Positions 9,046-21,578 are shown, counted from the stretch's first letter. The stretch: 64,000 nucleotides of DNA from a candidate division FCPU426 bacterium (GCA_040756875.1 JBFLYH010000002.1:574526-638525), one strand, 5' to 3'. Made by a program: numbers and translations. Notes: generated by a model not told the origin, from the sequence alone.

Positions 9046-10803
9046 TCATCCTTCCGCCTGGCGGCCCCTCGCCATGCCGAACTGGAGGCGCACCAGCTTC
9101 TTGTACAGCCCGTTGCGCCGCATCAATTCGGCGTGGCGGCCGCGCTCCACAATGCGCCCCTGGTCCAGCACCACGATCTGGTGGGCGTGCTGGACCGTGG
9201 ACAGGCGGTGCGCGATCACCAGGGTGGTGCGGTGACGCATCAAGCGGTCCAGGGCCGCCTGGATGAGCCGCTCGGACTCGGTGTCCAGGGCCGAGGTGGC
9301 CTCGTCCAAAATAAGGATCGGAGGGTTGCGGAGCACGGCCCGGGCAATGGCCAGGCGCTGGCGCTGGCCGCCGGATAGCCGCACGCCCCGTTCGCCGATC
9401 AGGGTCTCGTACCCCTGCCGGGTCTGGAGGATGAACTCGTGCGCGTTCGCGGCTTTGGCCGCCTCCTCAATCTCCCGCTGGCTGGCGTCCGGCTTGCTGT
9501 AGGCGATGTTGTTGCGGATGGTGTCGTTGAACAGGATGGTGTCCTGCGTGACCAGGCCGATGTTCCCCCTAAGCGACGCCAGGGTCAGGTCGCGCAGATC
9601 GTGGCCGTCGAGGGTGATGGCGCCTTCGGTCGGATCGGCGAAGCGCGGCAGCAGGTCCACCAGCGTGGTTTTACCCGCGCCCGAGCGCCCCACGATCGCC
9701 AGGATCTCGCCCGCGCGGGCGGTGAGCTGGATCTGCTGGAGGACCAGCCGGTCGGACTGGTAGCCGAAGCTCAGGTTGTGGAATTCGATCTTGTGCTTGA
9801 ACGCGCGCAGGGGCTTGGCGCCCGGCCGGTCCTGGATAAGCGGCGGCCGGTCCAGCAGCTCGAACACCCGCTGCGCCGCGGCCAGGGCCGACTGCACCGT
9901 GTTGTTGATGCCCGCCATGTTCTTGACCTGCGGATAGAGGGAGGCCAGGGCGCCGAGAAAGGCGAAAAACGTGCCGGTGGTGGATTCGCCCCGGATGACC
10001 TGGGTGCCGGACCACACGATCATGGCGCAGATGCCGAACGAGCCGATGAACTCCATCAGCGGGCTGGAAAGCGCGGTCCGCCTGAGCGCGCGCATGGTCA
10101 CGTCGAAGTACCGCTGCATCTCCTCGCGGAAGCGCTTGATCTCGAAGGCCTGCATGCCGAAGGCCTTCACCACCCGGATCCCGGTGATGCTCTCGTGCAG
10201 CACGGTGGTCACGTCGGCCATTTTGGCCTGGGCCTGGTGCGACAGCTTGCGCAAGGTCTTGCCGATGCTGATCACCGGATAGACCGCCACCGGAAACACC
10301 ACCAGGGACAGGAAGGCGAGCTGCCAGTTCAGGTAGAACAGGAGCGTGACCAGGGATACGATGGTCAGGATGGCGCCCAGCAGGCGCCCCAGCACGTTCG
10401 AAACCGCAGCCTGCATCAGCGTACTGTCGTGGGTCACGCGCGAGATCAGCATGCCGCTGCGCTGGCCGTGGAAGAAACTCAGCTCCTGCCGCATGAGGTG
10501 GCCGTAGAGCTGGTTGCGGACGTCCATGACGATGCGGTTGCCGATATGGTTGATCAGGTAGTCCTGGCCGTAGGTGCTAAAGCCTTTCAGCAGATAAGTG
10601 AGCACGATGGCCACGGGCACCAGGCGCAGATAGAACAAGGCCTGGACCTGGTCGGGATTGCCGAAAACCTTGTCCAGCACCGGCTTGATCAGGTACATGC
10701 CCATCGCGGTCAGGGCCGCGGTCAGGGCCAGGCACAGCAGGGCGGCGAACACGCGGCCCGCGTACGGCCGGGCGTACCGCAGCAATCTCAGATACAGTTG
10801 CAT
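9046..10803 (-). CDS. msbA: Lipid A export ABC transporter (MsbA-like)
   Basis: TM domain plus GRSGAGKT, LSGGQRQR, ILDEATS, IAHRLS; LPS gene context. Confidence 0.85.
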   Translation of the reverse strand: MQLYLRLLRYARPYAGRVFAALLCLALTAALTAMGMYLIKPVLDKVFGNPDQVQALFYLRLVPVAIVLTYLLKGFSTYGQDYLINHIGNRIVMDVRNQLYGHLMRQELSFFHGQRSGMLISRVTHDSTLMQAAVSNVLGRLLGAILTIVSLVTLLFYLNWQLAFLSLVVFPVAVYPVISIGKTLRKLSHQAQAKMADVTTVLHESITGIRVVKAFGMQAFEIKRFREEMQRYFDVTMRALRRTALSSPLMEFIGSFGICAMIVWSGTQVIRGESTTGTFFAFLGALASLYPQVKNMAGINNTVQSALAAAQRVFELLDRPPLIQDRPGAKPLRAFKHKIEFHNLSFGYQSDRLVLQQIQLTARAGEILAIVGRSGAGKTTLVDLLPRFADPTEGAITLDGHDLRDLTLASLRGNIGLVTQDTILFNDTIRNNIAYSKPDASQREIEEAAKAANAHEFILQTRQGYETLIGERGVRLSGGQRQRLAIARAVLRNPPILILDEATSALDTESERLIQAALDRLMRHRTTLVIAHRLSTVQHAHQIVVLDQGRIVERGRHAELMRRNGLYKKLVRLQFGMARGRQAEG

Positions 10804-10876
10804 GGTCGGGGGTCCTCGTTTAGCCGCTCCGGCCGGGCGTGGGGCCCGGCCGGAGGCTCTTGGCGTTGCGGGATAA

Positions 10877-13108
10877 TTACTCGGGAATCCGGATGATGAC
10901 TTCCACCCGCCGGTTTTTGGTGCGCCCGGCGGCCGTGCGGTTGGTGGCAATGGGCTTGGTCGGCCCCCAGCCGTTGATGGTCAGCTGGTAATCCGGCACG
11001 TTCTGCTCCTCCACCATGAACCGGCGCACAGATTCGGCCCGCACCAGGGACAGCTTCATGTTCAGGGCCTTGGGGCCGGTGGAATCCGTGTGACCTTCGA
11101 GCACCGCGTCGCAACTGGGCGAATCCAGGATCAGGTAGGCGCTCTTGATCACCTTGTCGAACATTTCGGCCGTGAGATAGGCCTTGCCCGTGTCGAAAAG
11201 AATGTCGCCGACCTTGATGGTCATGCGGTTCTCGTTGGGGTACACCTGCCCCAGCACGGGCCGCAGCTTGTCCGCGATCAGGACCTGCGAGCCGTCCGCT
11301 TCCAGATAGGACAGTTCGTAGCGGTAGCTGCCGTTGTTGGCCACCACGGTGCCGCTGTCGTCTTTGGAATCCCAGGCGAACGCCTTGAACAGCTCCTCCT
11401 GGGAGCGGTAGGTGCGGATCACCTGGTTGCTGGCGTCGAAGATGTCCAGCTTCCACTCTTTGGTGCCTTTGACCGGGTCCTTGATCGAGAAATAGACCTT
11501 GTCCGGATAAACTTCGTAATTCTTGCTGGTGTAGAGTTTGGGAATGGTGTCCACGATCACCAGCGTGCCGGAGACCGTGCGGGTCGTCCCGTCCATCAGT
11601 TTGAGGTCAAGGGCGTATGGGTACTGCTCCTTGGAGGACACCCGCTTGGTGCCGTCCTTGGCGTTCCAGCTATAGGACGGTTCCGGATTGCCCGGGCCTT
11701 GGTAGCGCTTCAGGACGCGGCCGCGGCGGTCGGTGATTTGCAGGTTCCAGGTGCTGATCGTGCCCGCGTCCTCGGGAATCTTGGGCACCAGGGTCAGGGT
11801 GCCGGTGAAGCCCACGAACGTGCCGTGCAGTTTGGGGATCTTTCCGGTCAGCGTAGGCTGGGCCGTGGGACGCTGGGTGGGCGAGGGCGTAACCGTCGGC
11901 GTCACGGTCATCGTGGGCGTGGCGGTCGGCGTGGGCGTGGCCGGCGGCGCCACCAGGGCGCCGGTGTGCCAGTCGACCGAAATCCGCTGGTTCCACTCGG
12001 GATTCTGGCCCGGATAGGTCCCCAATTCGCGGCCGTAATAGGCGTAATCGATGTTGATGAAGCTCGTGACCAGCGAAATGCCGGCCGTGGGATAGCCCTG
12101 GCTGAATCCGCCGCGCAGGGCGATGAGGCCGGAAAGCAGGAATTCCAGCCCCACGCGAAGCTTGGACATGTTGATGGCCGTGGCGTTGTTGGCGCTGTTG
12201 CGGAACTCATTGTCACCCTGCCAGTTCAGTTCCACCAGGTCCACGGCCAGCACCGTGTCCAGGTCCTGGAAATTCAGCCACCAGGGTTGGTAGGCGAACC
12301 CCAGCTTCAGGTTCGGGGTGATGACCTCGTCGAGCAGGCGGCTGTAAATGTCAGCCATCACAAGGGCCACGGTGATCTCCTCGGTCGGCTGGTACATGAA
12401 GCCCAGGTCCAGGCCGCCGCCCCACTCCATGGTCAGGTTCAAATCATCCAGGTCGAGCACGCTGCGGTTTTCTTCCTGCGATTTGGCCTGCTGGATGGCC
12501 TTGACCGTGAACCCCGCGGCCAGGTAGCCGAACTGGGGAATGTCCCAACCCCAGCCCCAGGACATGTTTTCGATCAGGCCGGCCCGGATGGTCCAGGAGG
12601 CTTCGGGCAGCAGGATGGCTCCGGTTTCCAGCAGCGCCTCGTCGAACAGCCACAAGCCCAGCCCGAAATTGGGCTGGATGTACGACAAACTGTTCTGGTT
12701 GAGCATGTGCATGCGCGTGTGGGAGAGCCGGTCCACGGCCTCCACGGTGTCCGGCGACAGGCTGCCGCCCATGAAATTGGTGAAGGCGTCGACATTGCCC
12801 AGCAGGAACATCAGGTTGTCGAAAGAACGGATGTCCGTGCCGAACAGGAGCTTGGGAAAGGTAAACCGCCAGTAATTCAGGCGCGCCAATCCGGCCGGGT
12901 TGTAGAACAACGCATTCTCGTCGTCCGCCACGGCCGTGAAGGCGCCGCCCATGCCCAACGGCCTGATGCCTTCAACGTAAATCCTTTCGGTGTTATCGCC
13001 CAGGATGAACTGCTGGCGCCGGGTTTCCCCGCCCCAGACGGTTGCCGCCCATCCTGCGGCCAAAACGGCCAGGCAGGCGATTGCGAACGCTCGGTAGCCA
13101 CGCGGCAT
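10877..13108 (-). CDS. Outer-membrane protein: PorV/TraF/FadL-like barrel + Thr/Pro linker + two FlgD-like Ig domains + OmpA_C
   Basis: GIRPLGMGGAFTAVADDENALFYNPAGLA; two W(N/D)xKD..G repeats; ILFDTGK..EGHTDS..NMKLSLVRAESV..NRRVEV. Confidence 0.75.
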   Translation of the reverse strand: MPRGYRAFAIACLAVLAAGWAATVWGGETRRQQFILGDNTERIYVEGIRPLGMGGAFTAVADDENALFYNPAGLARLNYWRFTFPKLLFGTDIRSFDNLMFLLGNVDAFTNFMGGSLSPDTVEAVDRLSHTRMHMLNQNSLSYIQPNFGLGLWLFDEALLETGAILLPEASWTIRAGLIENMSWGWGWDIPQFGYLAAGFTVKAIQQAKSQEENRSVLDLDDLNLTMEWGGGLDLGFMYQPTEEITVALVMADIYSRLLDEVITPNLKLGFAYQPWWLNFQDLDTVLAVDLVELNWQGDNEFRNSANNATAINMSKLRVGLEFLLSGLIALRGGFSQGYPTAGISLVTSFINIDYAYYGRELGTYPGQNPEWNQRISVDWHTGALVAPPATPTPTATPTMTVTPTVTPSPTQRPTAQPTLTGKIPKLHGTFVGFTGTLTLVPKIPEDAGTISTWNLQITDRRGRVLKRYQGPGNPEPSYSWNAKDGTKRVSSKEQYPYALDLKLMDGTTRTVSGTLVIVDTIPKLYTSKNYEVYPDKVYFSIKDPVKGTKEWKLDIFDASNQVIRTYRSQEELFKAFAWDSKDDSGTVVANNGSYRYELSYLEADGSQVLIADKLRPVLGQVYPNENRMTIKVGDILFDTGKAYLTAEMFDKVIKSAYLILDSPSCDAVLEGHTDSTGPKALNMKLSLVRAESVRRFMVEEQNVPDYQLTINGWGPTKPIATNRTAAGRTKNRRVEVIIRIPE

Positions 13109-13118
13109 AAAGGGCCTC

Positions 13119-13922
13119 CTACTGATTGGCAAGAATCTGCCAGGGGTCGAACTGGTTGATGACATCCTCGATCAGCGAACGGGCCATGCTGTTGACGGCC
13201 GCCACCTGCAGACGCTGCAGCGAGGCGGCGATGTCGCTTTGCATGGCCGTAAGGAAAAACGTCGGCGGCTGCTGGCCGCTGCTGTTGATCAGCCACAGGA
13301 ATTCGTTGGGCAGCTGCGCCAGCAGGGCCGGATCCAGGCCCAGGGCCGCGAGTTCCGGCGTGCCCTGCACCAGCGTTTGAATGGAGAAATCCGCGGAAAT
13401 CTGTTCCAGGCGCGCCACGATCCGCAGCAGGTACAGCACCCCTGTGGTCAGGTTAAGGTTGACGTCCTTGGAGCGGTAGGGGCCGTCAGTCTGGCCCAGC
13501 ACCACCGGATCCAGCACGGCGATCATTTCGGAAAGGATGTCTTCGACATCCGCATAGGTAGCCACGCCCCACTGGCTGGGAACCAGGAATTCGTAGTTCT
13601 GGTTGGATCCGGAATCGCTGTTAACAGCCTTGATGAACGTATTGGCGAACTCTCCCAGGCTGAAACCCTGCTGCCCCATCCGGGCCTGCGCGTAACCAAC
13701 GCGCGCTTCGGAGTCCCGCGGATTGTTCTCGCCCGCCTGCCGGAAATACTTGACCGCCAGCGCGTAATCCCCGCGTTCCAGCGCGGCCTTGCCGTCCGCG
13801 ACCAGAACGTGGGCATTGCTTTCGCGGCCGTCGCTGTGCAATCCGGCCAGAAAATTGCAACCAGCCGCAAGACCGGCCGTGGCCAGCAGCAGCCCCAATC
13901 CCAGAAAGCGTATGCGCGCCAT
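13119..13922 (-). CDS. Lipoprotein with TPR-like repeat
   Basis: Lipobox LAAGC; GKAALERGDYALAVKYF..NPRDSEARVG. Confidence 0.7.
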   Translation of the reverse strand: MARIRFLGLGLLLATAGLAAGCNFLAGLHSDGRESNAHVLVADGKAALERGDYALAVKYFRQAGENNPRDSEARVGYAQARMGQQGFSLGEFANTFIKAVNSDSGSNQNYEFLVPSQWGVATYADVEDILSEMIAVLDPVVLGQTDGPYRSKDVNLNLTTGVLYLLRIVARLEQISADFSIQTLVQGTPELAALGLDPALLAQLPNEFLWLINSSGQQPPTFFLTAMQSDIAASLQRLQVAAVNSMARSLIEDVINQFDPWQILANQ

Positions 13923-13961
13923 TTCCGCTCACCTCACCCCAAGTTAGGAACAGGTTTCGTC

Positions 13962-13991
13962 ATTATAGCGCATTGGCTTGCATAGCGTCAA
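13962..13991 (-). promoter_or_regulatory. sigma70-type promoter
   Basis: TTGACG-N18-TATAAT about 40 bp upstream of the lipoprotein gene. Confidence 0.55.
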
Positions 13992-14030
13992 ATTTTATGG
14001 AAGGTTATTAGAAAGACAGATACATATGAT

Positions 14031-14058
14031 GTAGGGACCGGTTTGTTCCGGCCCTATA
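14031..14058. repeat. GTAG-type REP-like hairpin
   Basis: gtagggaccggtttgttccggccctata imperfect palindrome. Confidence 0.4.
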
Positions 14059-14092
14059 TACAGGGGCGCTGCGAAAAAACGGTTGTGCATGT

Positions 14093-15079
14093 TTAAAACA
14101 GCCAGGCCAATCCTACGGTCAGGCCCAGTCCGCCGCCCATTTTTCCGGCTATGCCGTCCAGGGCGAAATCAGGACGCGTAAGGTAACGGACGCCGACGTA
14201 ATATTCGTCCGTGCCAATCCAATCCGGCAATGAATCATACGCCACGGTCAGCCACAGCCAGCGGGGATCAATGATCATCTCGCAGGCCAGGCGCGTGCCC
14301 ATTTCCAGGCGGGTGACACCCGTTTCCTCGGCCCGTTCCCTGCCGACCTGAAGTTCCAGCAGCAGCTCGGCGTGGAAGCGGAACCGTTCCAGAAAAGACT
14401 GCGTTTCCGGCTTGGTTTCCAGGGCCCGGGCCAGGGAACCCAGGTCCTTCGAAACCAGGGCGCCTAATTGGACCCGGTTGCCCCGGAACAGGGTGGAACG
14501 GATTTCGTCGTGCGTGCGGTGGTTGAGATACCGCCAGCCGAACTTCGCGGCCAAGGCCGGACGGGTGTCCGCCGGCTCTTCGGAACGCAGACCGTATTGC
14601 AGGCCCACGCCCGCGGTATGGCTCGATCCCTGCACCGCCAGTTCGGCCGAGGCCGACAGCTCGGACATCGCCCCCCAGCGCAGGTTCGCCGACAAACCGG
14701 GCGGCGAGAGCAAAATCAGGCCCAGATCCACCTCGGTCCAATCCAGCGGAGGAAGATAGGCGCTGGGCGCATAGGGATAAAATTGGTGGGACCAGGTTTC
14801 CGAAGCTGGCAGAGGCTCGGATTCAGGGGTCGGAGTCGGAGTGGGCGTGGAAGTGGCGATGGGATAGGGGGCTTCTTCGCCGGATGGAAAAACCAGGGGG
14901 CCAACTGGTTCAGCTTGGAGCGGTTCCTCGCTGGCCAGGTCGTCGCCGGGCAGCATTTCCGGAGCGGAGGACAGCTGGGAGTCCTCGGCCCGAACCGCGC
15001 CGGCCGCCAGCCAGATCAAGCCGCAAGCCGCCAAAAACAGGACGCTCAGGATTTTAAACCAGACGCGCATGCGGTCCAC
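14093..15079 (-). CDS. Hypothetical secreted protein, probable outer-membrane beta-barrel
   Basis: Signal peptide, acidic/Pro linker, alternating beta-strands, C-terminal VGLAWLF. Confidence 0.55.
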   Translation of the reverse strand: MDRMRVWFKILSVLFLAACGLIWLAAGAVRAEDSQLSSAPEMLPGDDLASEEPLQAEPVGPLVFPSGEEAPYPIATSTPTPTPTPESEPLPASETWSHQFYPYAPSAYLPPLDWTEVDLGLILLSPPGLSANLRWGAMSELSASAELAVQGSSHTAGVGLQYGLRSEEPADTRPALAAKFGWRYLNHRTHDEIRSTLFRGNRVQLGALVSKDLGSLARALETKPETQSFLERFRFHAELLLELQVGRERAEETGVTRLEMGTRLACEMIIDPRWLWLTVAYDSLPDWIGTDEYYVGVRYLTRPDFALDGIAGKMGGGLGLTVGLAWLF

Positions 15080-15123
15080 CTGCTTATTAACTGGTTGCCA
15101 AGCCGCCGAAAAAAATACTGGCC

Positions 15124-15230
15124 GTCATCGCGAGGTTCCCCGAGCTTGCCGAGGAGAACCGTGGCAATCTTCGTTTGTCAGGCCGGAGCCAGATTGCTTC
15201 GCTCCCCCGGGTGGGTTCGCTCGCAATGAC
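15124..15230. repeat. Palindromic repeat element (GTCATCGCGAG...CTCGCAATGAC)
   Basis: Terminal inverted repeats with inner GCAATCT/AGATTGC pair, intergenic after ahcY. Confidence 0.7.
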
Positions 15231-15248
15231 CGATCCCCTTGCGGCCAG

Positions 15249-17668
<2,420 letters not shown>

Positions 17669-17694
17669 GGTTGGATACCTCTTTCTATATATGT

Positions 17695-17732
17695 AAAAAA
17701 GAAAACAACGCCCGGGCCTCTTCGGCCCGGGC
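17695..17732 (-). terminator. Terminator-like hairpin with U-rich tail upstream of metK
   Basis: GCCCGGGCC-GAAGA-GGCCCGGGC followed by GTTGTTTTCTTTTTT on the minus strand. Confidence 0.55.
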
Positions 17733-17746
17733 ACAAATCGGTTTGA

Positions 17747-17775
17747 ATTATAGGAAGAGTCAGGCAGGCTGTCAA
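17747..17775 (-). promoter_or_regulatory. Consensus sigma70 promoter for metK-ahcY
   Basis: TTGACA-N17-TATAAT exact. Confidence 0.85.
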
Positions 17776-17810
17776 GCACTACCGCTTCGGCCCGCCTCCA
17801 AAATGGGGCT

Positions 17811-19247
17811 TTACTTCTCCGGCACTTTCATTACCATATAGATCGGATAGTCGTCCCGCTCGATCTTGAGCAGCAGCTCTTCGCCGGGTTTGAGGGCCTT
17901 GAGCGCTTTGTCCACCACCCCGCGATTCTTCACCTGCAGGCGGTTGATTTCGCGGATGATGTCGCCGGGCTGGATGCCCGCGCCCTCGGCCGGGCTGCCG
18001 GGCTGCACGGCCTTGACCACCACGCCCGCCAGGTCGTTGGTCCGCAGCTGCCTGGCCAGCTGGGGCGTAAGGTCCTCGAACATCAGGCCCAGCACATTGC
18101 CCGTCTGGGGCGCTTTGGCCGCGCTGCGCGGAGCAGGCAGCGCCGCCGCGCCTTCGGCCTCGGACTGGTCGCCCACCTGGACTTTCACTTGCACGGTCCG
18201 GCCGTTGCGCAGCACCTCGACGCTGGTCGTGTCCTTGCCGTGCGTGCCGCCGACCAGGCGCTGCAGCTCGTTCGGGTTCTTCACGGCCTGGCCGTTGAAC
18301 CCCACGATCACGTCGCCGGCCTTGAGGCCCCCACGTTCCGCGGGGCCGTTTTCGGTCACAGCCGTGATCAGCACGCCCTCGGCGTTGGGCACGCGGAAAT
18401 GCTCGGCCAGCTCGGGCGTCAGAGGCTGGATGTAGACCCCCAGCCATCCGCGCCGCACCTGTCCGGTTTTCAAAATGTCCTGGTACACCCGTTTGGCCAT
18501 GTTTACAGGGATGGCGAAGCCGATGCCCAGCGACCCGCCGGTCCGGCTCACGATCAGGGTGTTGATCCCGATGACCTTGCCTTCCAGGTCCACCAGCGGA
18601 CCGCCGGAATTGCCGGGGTTGATGGAGGCGTCGGTTTGGATGAAATCATCGTACGGCCCTTGGCCGATCACGCGCCCCTTGGCGCTGATGATGCCCGAAG
18701 TCACGGTTTGTTCCAGGCCGAACGGGCTGCCCAGGGCCACGACCCAGTCCCCCACCTTGGCCGCGTCCGAATCGCCCAGGCCTGCTGCCGGCCAGCTGCG
18801 GCGGCCTTCCAGCTTGAGCACCGCCACATCGGTTTTCGGGTCTGTGCCCACGATCTTGGCCTTGTATTCCTTGCCGTCGTTGGTCTTGACCAGGATCTCG
18901 GCGGATTTTTCCACCACGTGGTTGTTGGTGAGAATGTAGCCCTCGGGGTCCACGATCACGCCGGAGCCCAGGCTCGTGCTTTGCTGCGGCGGCATTTCGC
19001 GCTGGAACTGGGGGCCGAAGAAATATTCGAAAAATTCCTGCATCTGGGGGTCGGCGAACTGCTGGGGGTAGGCGAACGGGCTCTGCACGATCCGGACCGC
19101 GCTGATGTTCACGACCGCGGGCCCGACTTTCTCGGCCACGTCGGAAAACGTGGCCGGGATCATGGCCGCCGGCCAGGCGGGCGTGGCGAGCAAGGCCGCC
19201 GCCAGGGCCAGGCCCGGTTTAATCAACCCATGCAATTTGGTTTTCAT
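17811..19247 (-). CDS. degP: DegP/HtrA serine protease, two PDZ domains
   Basis: [27 protein letters not shown]; signal peptide. Confidence 0.92.
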   Translation of the reverse strand: MKTKLHGLIKPGLALAAALLATPAWPAAMIPATFSDVAEKVGPAVVNISAVRIVQSPFAYPQQFADPQMQEFFEYFFGPQFQREMPPQQSTSLGSGVIVDPEGYILTNNHVVEKSAEILVKTNDGKEYKAKIVGTDPKTDVAVLKLEGRRSWPAAGLGDSDAAKVGDWVVALGSPFGLEQTVTSGIISAKGRVIGQGPYDDFIQTDASINPGNSGGPLVDLEGKVIGINTLIVSRTGGSLGIGFAIPVNMAKRVYQDILKTGQVRRGWLGVYIQPLTPELAEHFRVPNAEGVLITAVTENGPAERGGLKAGDVIVGFNGQAVKNPNELQRLVGGTHGKDTTSVEVLRNGRTVQVKVQVGDQSEAEGAAALPAPRSAAKAPQTGNVLGLMFEDLTPQLARQLRTNDLAGVVVKAVQPGSPAEGAGIQPGDIIREINRLQVKNRGVVDKALKALKPGEELLLKIERDDYPIYMVMKVPEK

Positions 19248-19352
19248 GAGATTCCTCCTGGGATCAGGCTGCCGCGCAGAACACGGGGCAATTTTTACGG
19301 GACAGGGACCGACTCTGTGACCTCAGTGGCGTGCCCGAATATTACTACACTT

Positions 19353-19379
19353 TTGGACCCTGATCAGTCCGAAACGTTC
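19353..19379 (-). promoter_or_regulatory. ECF/sigmaE-like promoter upstream of degP
   Basis: GAACGT-N16-TCCAA, close to the sigmaE consensus GAACTT-N16-TCnAA. Confidence 0.55.
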
Positions 19380-19391
19380 ATATATAATATG

Positions 19392-19434
19392 AAAAACCCC
19401 AGCCCTGGGTTCCGAAAAACCCAGGGCTGGGGTT
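19392..19434 (-). terminator. Intrinsic terminator of dnaK
   Basis: 17-bp stem aaccccagccctgggtt/aacccagggctggggtt plus T run. Confidence 0.85.
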
Positions 19435-19439
19435 GGGAC

Positions 19440-21371
19440 TTATTTTTTCTTGTCATCCACGACTTTGTAGTCCGCCTCCACGGTCTGCCCGCCTTCCTCG
19501 GCCTCCCCGGTCGCCTGCCCGGCCTGGGCATGGCTGCCGTTGCCGCCGTTGCCGTTGGCGCGTCCGGCGCTGGCCTGCTGGTACAACTGGGCCGAGACCT
19601 TCTGGAAGACCTGGTTGAGATCGCCGGCCGCGGACTGGATGGCCTGCAGGTCCGTGCCCTTGGCCGCCTCGCGCAGCCGGTTCAGGGCCGACTCCACTTC
19701 GGACCGGTCCGAAGCCGGGACCTTGTCCCCGAGGTCTTTCAGGGTTTTTTCGGTCTGATACACCTGCTGGTCAGCCTGATTTTTGGCTTCGATCAGCTGC
19801 CGCTGTTCCTTGTCCTCTGCAGCGTGCGCTTCGGCTTCCTTGACCATGCGCTCGACTTCGTCCTTGTTCAGGCCGGAACTGGCGGTGATGGTGATCTTCT
19901 GTTCCTTGCCCGTGCCGAGGTCCTTGGCCGAAACGTGCAGGATGCCGTTGGCGTCGATGTCGAAGGCCACTTCGATCTGCGGCACGCCCCGGGGCGCAGG
20001 CGGAATGCCGTCGAGGTGGAACCGGCCGATGGTCTTGTTGTCCCGCGCCAGTTCCCGCTCGCCCTGCAGCACGTGGATCTCCACGGTGTTCTGGCTGTCC
20101 GCGGCCGTGGAGAAAATCTCGCTTTTGCGCGTGGGAATGGTGGTGTTGCGCTCGATGAGGTGCGTGGTCACTCCGCCCAGGGTTTCCACGCCCAGGGACA
20201 GGGGCGTGACGTCGAGCAGGAGCACGTCCTTTACCTCGCCGCGCAGCACGCCGGCCTGGATGGCCGCGCCCACGGCCACGACCTCGTCGGGATTGACGCT
20301 CTTGTTGGGTTCGCACCCGAAGAAGTCCTTGACGGTCTTTTGCACCAGCGGCATGCGCGTCTGGCCGCCCACCAGGATGACCTCCTGGATCTGCGCGGCT
20401 GAAAAACCGGCGTCGGCCAGGGCCTGCTTGACCGGGCCCAGCGTGCGCTCCACCAGCTGCCCGGTGAGCTGTTCCAGCTTGGCGCGGGTCAGGGTCATGG
20501 TCAGGTGCTTCGGCCCGTTCGTGTCCGCAGTGATGAAGGGCAGGTTGATCTCGCTCTGCAGGGTGGAGGAAAGCTCGATCTTGGCCTTTTCCGCCGCCTC
20601 CTTCAGGCGCTGCAGGGCCATTTTGTCCTTGCGCAGGTCCACGCCGTGGTCGCGCTTGAACTCGTCCGCCAGCCAGTGGATGATCACCTGGTCGAAATCG
20701 TCCCCGCCCAGGTGGGTGTCGCCGTTGGTGGACTTGACCTCGAACACGCCGTCGCCGATCTCCAGGATCGAAATGTCGAAGGTGCCGCCGCCCAGGTCAT
20801 AGACCGCGATTTTTTCGTTCTGCTTTTTCTTGTCCAGCCCATAGGCCAGGGCCGCGGCCGTGGGTTCGTTGATGATGCGCAGCACGTCCAGGCCCGCGAT
20901 CTTACCCGCGTCCTTGGTGGCCTGGCGCTGGCTGTCGTTGAAATACGCGGGCACGGTGATGACCGCTTCCGTGACCTTCTCGCCCAGGTAGGCCTCGGCG
21001 TCGGCCTTGAGCTTTTGCAGGATCATGGCCGAAATCTCGGGCGGCGCATAGGCCTCGCCGTGGGCCAGCACCCTCACATCGCCGTTGTTTGCGGCCTGGG
21101 TCTGGTACGGCACCAGTTTCTGCTCGGCCGAGGTCTCGCCGTACTTGCGCCCCATGAACCGTTTAATGGAGAACACGGTGTTCTCCGGGTTGGTCACGGC
21201 CTGGCGCTTGGCCGTCTGCCCGACCAGCCGCTCCCCGTTTTTCGTGAACGCCACAATGGAAGGCGTGGTGCGCCCTCCCTCGGCATTGGGAATGACCGCC
21301 GCCTCGCTAGCCTGCATGACTGCCACGCAGGAATTGGTGGTTCCCAAATCAATGCCTATCACTTTTGCCAT
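19440..21371 (-). CDS. dnaK: Chaperone DnaK
   Basis: [35 protein letters not shown] fits ATG 21371. Confidence 0.98.
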   Translation of the reverse strand: MAKVIGIDLGTTNSCVAVMQASEAAVIPNAEGGRTTPSIVAFTKNGERLVGQTAKRQAVTNPENTVFSIKRFMGRKYGETSAEQKLVPYQTQAANNGDVRVLAHGEAYAPPEISAMILQKLKADAEAYLGEKVTEAVITVPAYFNDSQRQATKDAGKIAGLDVLRIINEPTAAALAYGLDKKKQNEKIAVYDLGGGTFDISILEIGDGVFEVKSTNGDTHLGGDDFDQVIIHWLADEFKRDHGVDLRKDKMALQRLKEAAEKAKIELSSTLQSEINLPFITADTNGPKHLTMTLTRAKLEQLTGQLVERTLGPVKQALADAGFSAAQIQEVILVGGQTRMPLVQKTVKDFFGCEPNKSVNPDEVVAVGAAIQAGVLRGEVKDVLLLDVTPLSLGVETLGGVTTHLIERNTTIPTRKSEIFSTAADSQNTVEIHVLQGERELARDNKTIGRFHLDGIPPAPRGVPQIEVAFDIDANGILHVSAKDLGTGKEQKITITASSGLNKDEVERMVKEAEAHAAEDKEQRQLIEAKNQADQQVYQTEKTLKDLGDKVPASDRSEVESALNRLREAAKGTDLQAIQSAAGDLNQVFQKVSAQLYQQASAGRANGNGGNGSHAQAGQATGEAEEGGQTVEADYKVVDDKKK

Positions 21372-21423
21372 GGTACTCATCTCCTTTTTCCTTGCGGATC
21401 ATAGTGATTCGCTTCATTATTAA

Positions 21424-21440
21424 TGCAAGCCGCATGCCAA
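21424..21440 (-). promoter_or_regulatory. sigma54 (-24/-12) promoter of dnaK
   Basis: TTGGCATGCGGCTTGCA matches TGGCAC-N5-TTGC. Confidence 0.8.
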
Positions 21441-21530
21441 CTCCGGAAGATCCTCCACAAAATAAACCGTTTGTTTTTAAAGGGTTTATTTCAGGCCTGC
21501 CCGAATGACCTGTGCTGCGGTCCGGCCCGG

Positions 21531-21551
21531 GTGTTTCACAGTCTGAAACAC
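21531..21551. promoter_or_regulatory. Palindromic candidate enhancer (UAS)
   Basis: GTGTTTCA-N5-TGAAACAC about 100 bp upstream of the -24 box. Confidence 0.6.
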
Positions 21552-21578
21552 TATATTAATATGAAACGCCGCGGTTAC

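Noticed and set aside
18189-21404. Long plus-strand ORFs opposite degP/dnaK (737, 339, 299 aa)
   Set aside because: Antisense shadows caused by high GC3 codon bias; no recognisable motifs.
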